49,809 bases of DNA. Source: an uncultured Roseivirgaceae bacterium. GTDB lineage: Bacteria > Bacteroidota > Bacteroidia > Cytophagales > Cyclobacteriaceae. The DNA lies in contig CAZGDC010000001.1 in assembly GCA_964524405.1 (NCBI GenBank), positions 1 through 49,809 of the forward strand, read 5' to 3'. The position numbers and the translations under genes were made by a program. Positions 46,679 to 49,809 of this stretch are shown piece after piece (position 1 is the first letter of the stretch; every line of letters begins with the position of its first letter). The notes below the pieces were generated by a model. That model did no database searches, was not told the DNA's origin, and saw only the letters and a list, made by a program, of their open reading frames with translations.

Positions 46679-48492
46679 ATAAAAGCAGGGGTTATATCAT
46701 CCAAAGTATCTTTGTATCAGTAAGCTTATTGTTTGCCATAAGGCTATTTACTTTACAAGTACTTGATGACAGCTACAAAGCAGCGGCAGATAATAATATC
46801 ATTCAGGAAGAAATAGAATACCCATTTAGAGGTCTAATTTATGATAGAAATGGAGCATTGCTCGTAGCCAATAAAGCCATGTTCGATTTATTAGTTATCC
46901 CTAAGCAAATTAAGCATGTTGATACGCTTGTTTTTTGTGATTTAGTGGGCATAACTAAAAATGATTTTACGAAAAAATTAGCCAAAGCTAAGTCATATTC
47001 CTATGTAAAGCCGTCCATTTTTATTAAGCAAATTTCTTTAGAGGAATTTTCGAGTTTTCAAGATAGACTAGATGAATTTCCAGGCTTTGTACTTCAACCT
47101 AGAACTACCCGATCATATTCGTATCCAATTTTAGCAAATGCGTTAGGTTATATCAGTGAAATTAGTAAATATGAACTAACTAAAGACAGTTCGGATTATT
47201 ACCACAGTGGTGATTACATTGGGAAAAGTGGGATAGAATCTAAATACGAGCAGTTTTTAAGAGGCCACCGTGGCAAACGATATAAAATTAGAAATGTTAG
47301 AGGTGTTGAAAAAGGAAGATTTAAAGATGGGAAGTACGACACACATGCCGTTCCAGGATTATCAATTGTTTCTACCATTGATAGAGAATTGCAAGAATAT
47401 GCAGAAAAATTGATGCAAGGAAAATCAGGCAGCATAGTAGCCATAGAGCCCTCAACAGGAGAAATATTAAGCATTGTATCAGCCCCTTCGTATTCGCCAG
47501 GGTTATTAACAGGACGGTCGTTTAGTTCCAACTTTGCAGAAATTAGTAAAGACACATTAAACCCTCTTTTCAACAGGCCATTGATGGCCGCTTATCGACC
47601 GGGTAGTATTTTTAAAATTGTGCAAGCATTGGTGGCTATGCAAGAAGGAGTAATTACACCTTATACTAGATTAAAATGTAACACTAATTTAGTTGGTTGC
47701 CATAATGGGGCAAGCCACCCATTTGGCACCTCCGAAAAATTAATAGGTGCTATTAAAAATTCGTGTAATCCTTTTTTTTACCAAGTAATGCGCAAAATGG
47801 TTGTTCAACATGTGGAAGTAAGCCCGTATAAGGATGCCAAAATTGGACTTGATAAATGGAATGGCTATGTTAAAACTTTTGGTTTTGGTGCTCCACTTGG
47901 CATCGACTTACCAGGAGAAAAAGGCGGAATGATTCCTGACTCAAAATATTACGACCGAGCATACAAGGGTAGAGAATGGAAATATTCAAATATTTATTCC
48001 CTTTCAATTGGAGAAGGCGAAAATTTAGTAGTGCCTATACAAATGGCAAATTTTACAGCAACTGTAGCCAATAGAGGTTATTATTATATCCCTCACCTTA
48101 TAAAAGCAATTGGCGAAACGGGCAATCCATTACCAAAATATACTAAAAAAAATTATACGGGTGTTGATTCCTCTTATTTCGAAATAGCGGTAGAAGCTAT
48201 GGCGGAAGTTATAAAATCAGGAACAGGGCAATATAGAGCTAAGTTAAAAGGGATAGAAGTCTGTGGAAAAACAGGAACAGTACAAAATGACCCTAATCCA
48301 GACCATTCCGTTTTTATTGCTTTTGCTCCCAGAGATAATCCTAAAATTGCTATTTCGGTGTATGTAGAAAATGCTGGACAGGGAGCTAGAGCAGCAGCAG
48401 CCATTTCGGGGCTATTAATTGATAAATATTTGAAGCGAGATAGTGCAACACTTTATTTTGAACCCTACGTATTAAAAGGAGATTTCGAATGA
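46675..48492 (+). CDS. mrdA: Penicillin-binding protein 2 (elongasome transpeptidase)
   Basis: PGSIFK (SxxK), SCN (SxN) and KTGT motifs, with an N-terminal TM helix and dimerisation domain. Confidence 0.93.
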   Translation: MNKSRGYIIQSIFVSVSLLFAIRLFTLQVLDDSYKAAADNNIIQEEIEYPFRGLIYDRNGALLVANKAMFDLLVIPKQIKHVDTLVFCDLVGITKNDFTKKLAKAKSYSYVKPSIFIKQISLEEFSSFQDRLDEFPGFVLQPRTTRSYSYPILANALGYISEISKYELTKDSSDYYHSGDYIGKSGIESKYEQFLRGHRGKRYKIRNVRGVEKGRFKDGKYDTHAVPGLSIVSTIDRELQEYAEKLMQGKSGSIVAIEPSTGEILSIVSAPSYSPGLLTGRSFSSNFAEISKDTLNPLFNRPLMAAYRPGSIFKIVQALVAMQEGVITPYTRLKCNTNLVGCHNGASHPFGTSEKLIGAIKNSCNPFFYQVMRKMVVQHVEVSPYKDAKIGLDKWNGYVKTFGFGAPLGIDLPGEKGGMIPDSKYYDRAYKGREWKYSNIYSLSIGEGENLVVPIQMANFTATVANRGYYYIPHLIKAIGETGNPLPKYTKKNYTGVDSSYFEIAVEAMAEVIKSGTGQYRAKLKGIEVCGKTGTVQNDPNPDHSVFIAFAPRDNPKIAISVYVENAGQGARAAAAISGLLIDKYLKRDSATLYFEPYVLKGDFE

Positions 48493-49766
48493 AAAGAACC
48501 GAAGCCCTAATAAATAAAATTGACTGGATCACTATTATCCTCTATGGATTACTCGTTTTTTTTGGCGTAATTAATATTTATGCAGCCATCTACGATGTTG
48601 ATAGCACTACCTCCTTTTTTAGCCTAAGCCATAATGCTGGAAAACAATTAGCATTTATTGGAGTAGCCATACCAATAATAATCGTGATTTTTAGTGTTGA
48701 TTATAAAATTTACGATACGTTAGCCTACCCTGTTTTGGGCTTTTTTATTATAATGCTCATACTGGTTTTAATTTTTGCTAGAGAAGTAAATGGGGCAAAA
48801 TCTTGGTTAGAAATTGGTCCCTTTAGATTTCAGCCATCGGAATTTACAAAATTTGCCACTGCCTTAGCATTAGGAAAATACGTGAGTCGCCCAAATTTTA
48901 AACTAAGTAAATTAAAGGATTTATTCTTTATTAGCCTATTCATTGGTGTGCCAACCATTCTAATCATTGCTCAAGGAGATGCGGGCACCGCACTTGTTTT
49001 TTCCATGTTTATCTTGGTACTTTTTAGAGAAGGGATGTCTCCAATTCCTTTGGTACTGGGCGTTGCTTCTGCTATCATATTTCTGCTGGCACTTTTAGTA
49101 CAAAACGACTTCTACTTTTGGACTCCCGTTACTTTAATTGTTGCCATCGTCATCTACTTTAATCGTAAAAATGTAAAACAGATTATTTTTACAGTTATGG
49201 CTGGCGCTTTAATTATAGGCATGTATCATAGTGTGGGCTATACATTTGATAATGCACTAAAACCACACCAGCAAAACAGAATCCTCGTTTTACTAAATCC
49301 AAACTCCGACCCGCTAGGTGCAGGCTGGAATGTAACCCAATCTAAAATTGCCATTGGATCAGGAGGTTTGATTGGTAAAGGCTATTTAAAAGGCACTCAA
49401 ACAAAATTTGATTTTGTGCCCGAGCAAAGTACTGATTTTATATTTTGCACTGTTGGAGAAGAGCATGGGTGGATAGGCTCTATGGTGCTAATTATTTTAT
49501 TTACAGCCCTTTTGTTACGAATTACCCAAATTGCCGAAAGGCAAAAATGGCGTTTTGCTAGAGTATATGGCTATTCTGTGGCTACAATCCTGTTTTTTCA
49601 CTTTGCCATAAATATAGGCATGACCATTGGGTTATTTCCCGTTATTGGAATTCCGCTTCCATTTTTTAGTTATGGAGGGTCTTCCCTTATTTCCTTTACC
49701 GTTTTATTATTTATTCTTTTAGCTTTGGATGCTAACAGAATGCAAAGACTAGCTCATTACAGCTAA
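48489..49766 (+). CDS. rodA: SEDS-family peptidoglycan polymerase RodA
   Basis: FtsW/RodA/SpoVE polytopic protein (FQPSEFTK, PEQSTDFIF, GIPLPFFSYGGSS). ATGA overlap with mrdA. Confidence 0.93.
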   Translation: MKRTEALINKIDWITIILYGLLVFFGVINIYAAIYDVDSTTSFFSLSHNAGKQLAFIGVAIPIIIVIFSVDYKIYDTLAYPVLGFFIIMLILVLIFAREVNGAKSWLEIGPFRFQPSEFTKFATALALGKYVSRPNFKLSKLKDLFFISLFIGVPTILIIAQGDAGTALVFSMFILVLFREGMSPIPLVLGVASAIIFLLALLVQNDFYFWTPVTLIVAIVIYFNRKNVKQIIFTVMAGALIIGMYHSVGYTFDNALKPHQQNRILVLLNPNSDPLGAGWNVTQSKIAIGSGGLIGKGYLKGTQTKFDFVPEQSTDFIFCTVGEEHGWIGSMVLIILFTALLLRITQIAERQKWRFARVYGYSVATILFFHFAINIGMTIGLFPVIGIPLPFFSYGGSSLISFTVLLFILLALDANRMQRLAHYS

Positions 49767-49809
49767 TTGCTCCTCCAACGCCTTAACTTTTGCCTCTGCA
49801 TCTGCTAGT

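Noticed and set aside
49749-49809. Minus-strand open frame at the right edge (...LADAEAKVKALEEQLAVMS*) overlapping the rodA 3' end by 18 nt, possibly the C-terminus of a convergent coiled-coil protein.
   Set aside because: Only about 20 codons are visible, which is insufficient to call.

Overview
Low-GC chromosomal segment that looks like Bacteroidota (Flavobacteriia/Cytophagia-like). Evidence for this: TAnnTTTG -7 promoter boxes sit 10-23 nt upstream of several start codons, there are no Shine-Dalgarno motifs, and the window carries CarboxypepD_reg/TonB_C/ECF modules and a large secreted met-zincin. Most of the window is ordinary core housekeeping in tightly packed, often overlapping operons: polA, msrA, psd-cdsA, dusB, deoD, panB, era, der, purN-purH and mreBCD-mrdA-rodA, plus one initiator tRNA-Met. 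I found no rRNA, CRISPR array, transposase, integrase or intact mobile element. I do not see a clear-cut novel multi-gene system. The best candidates for a second look are: (1) a divergent VWA / ECF sigma / anti-sigma-TonB_C chimera / CarboxypepD_reg module at 20.3-24.5 kb; (2) an ALDH16-like two-domain aldehyde dehydrogenase coupled to a long-form deoxyribose-phosphate aldolase at 28.0-31.4 kb; (3) directly downstream in the same strand block, a decayed ORF6N plus FRG islet with two in-frame nonsense codons; (4) a scrambled partial duplicate of the tRNA-fMet 5' half and its leader; (5) a DGGGP-synthase-like UbiA prenyltransferase translationally coupled to a DUF2520 Rossmann protein. All family assignments come from motif recognition by eye, and no searches were run.
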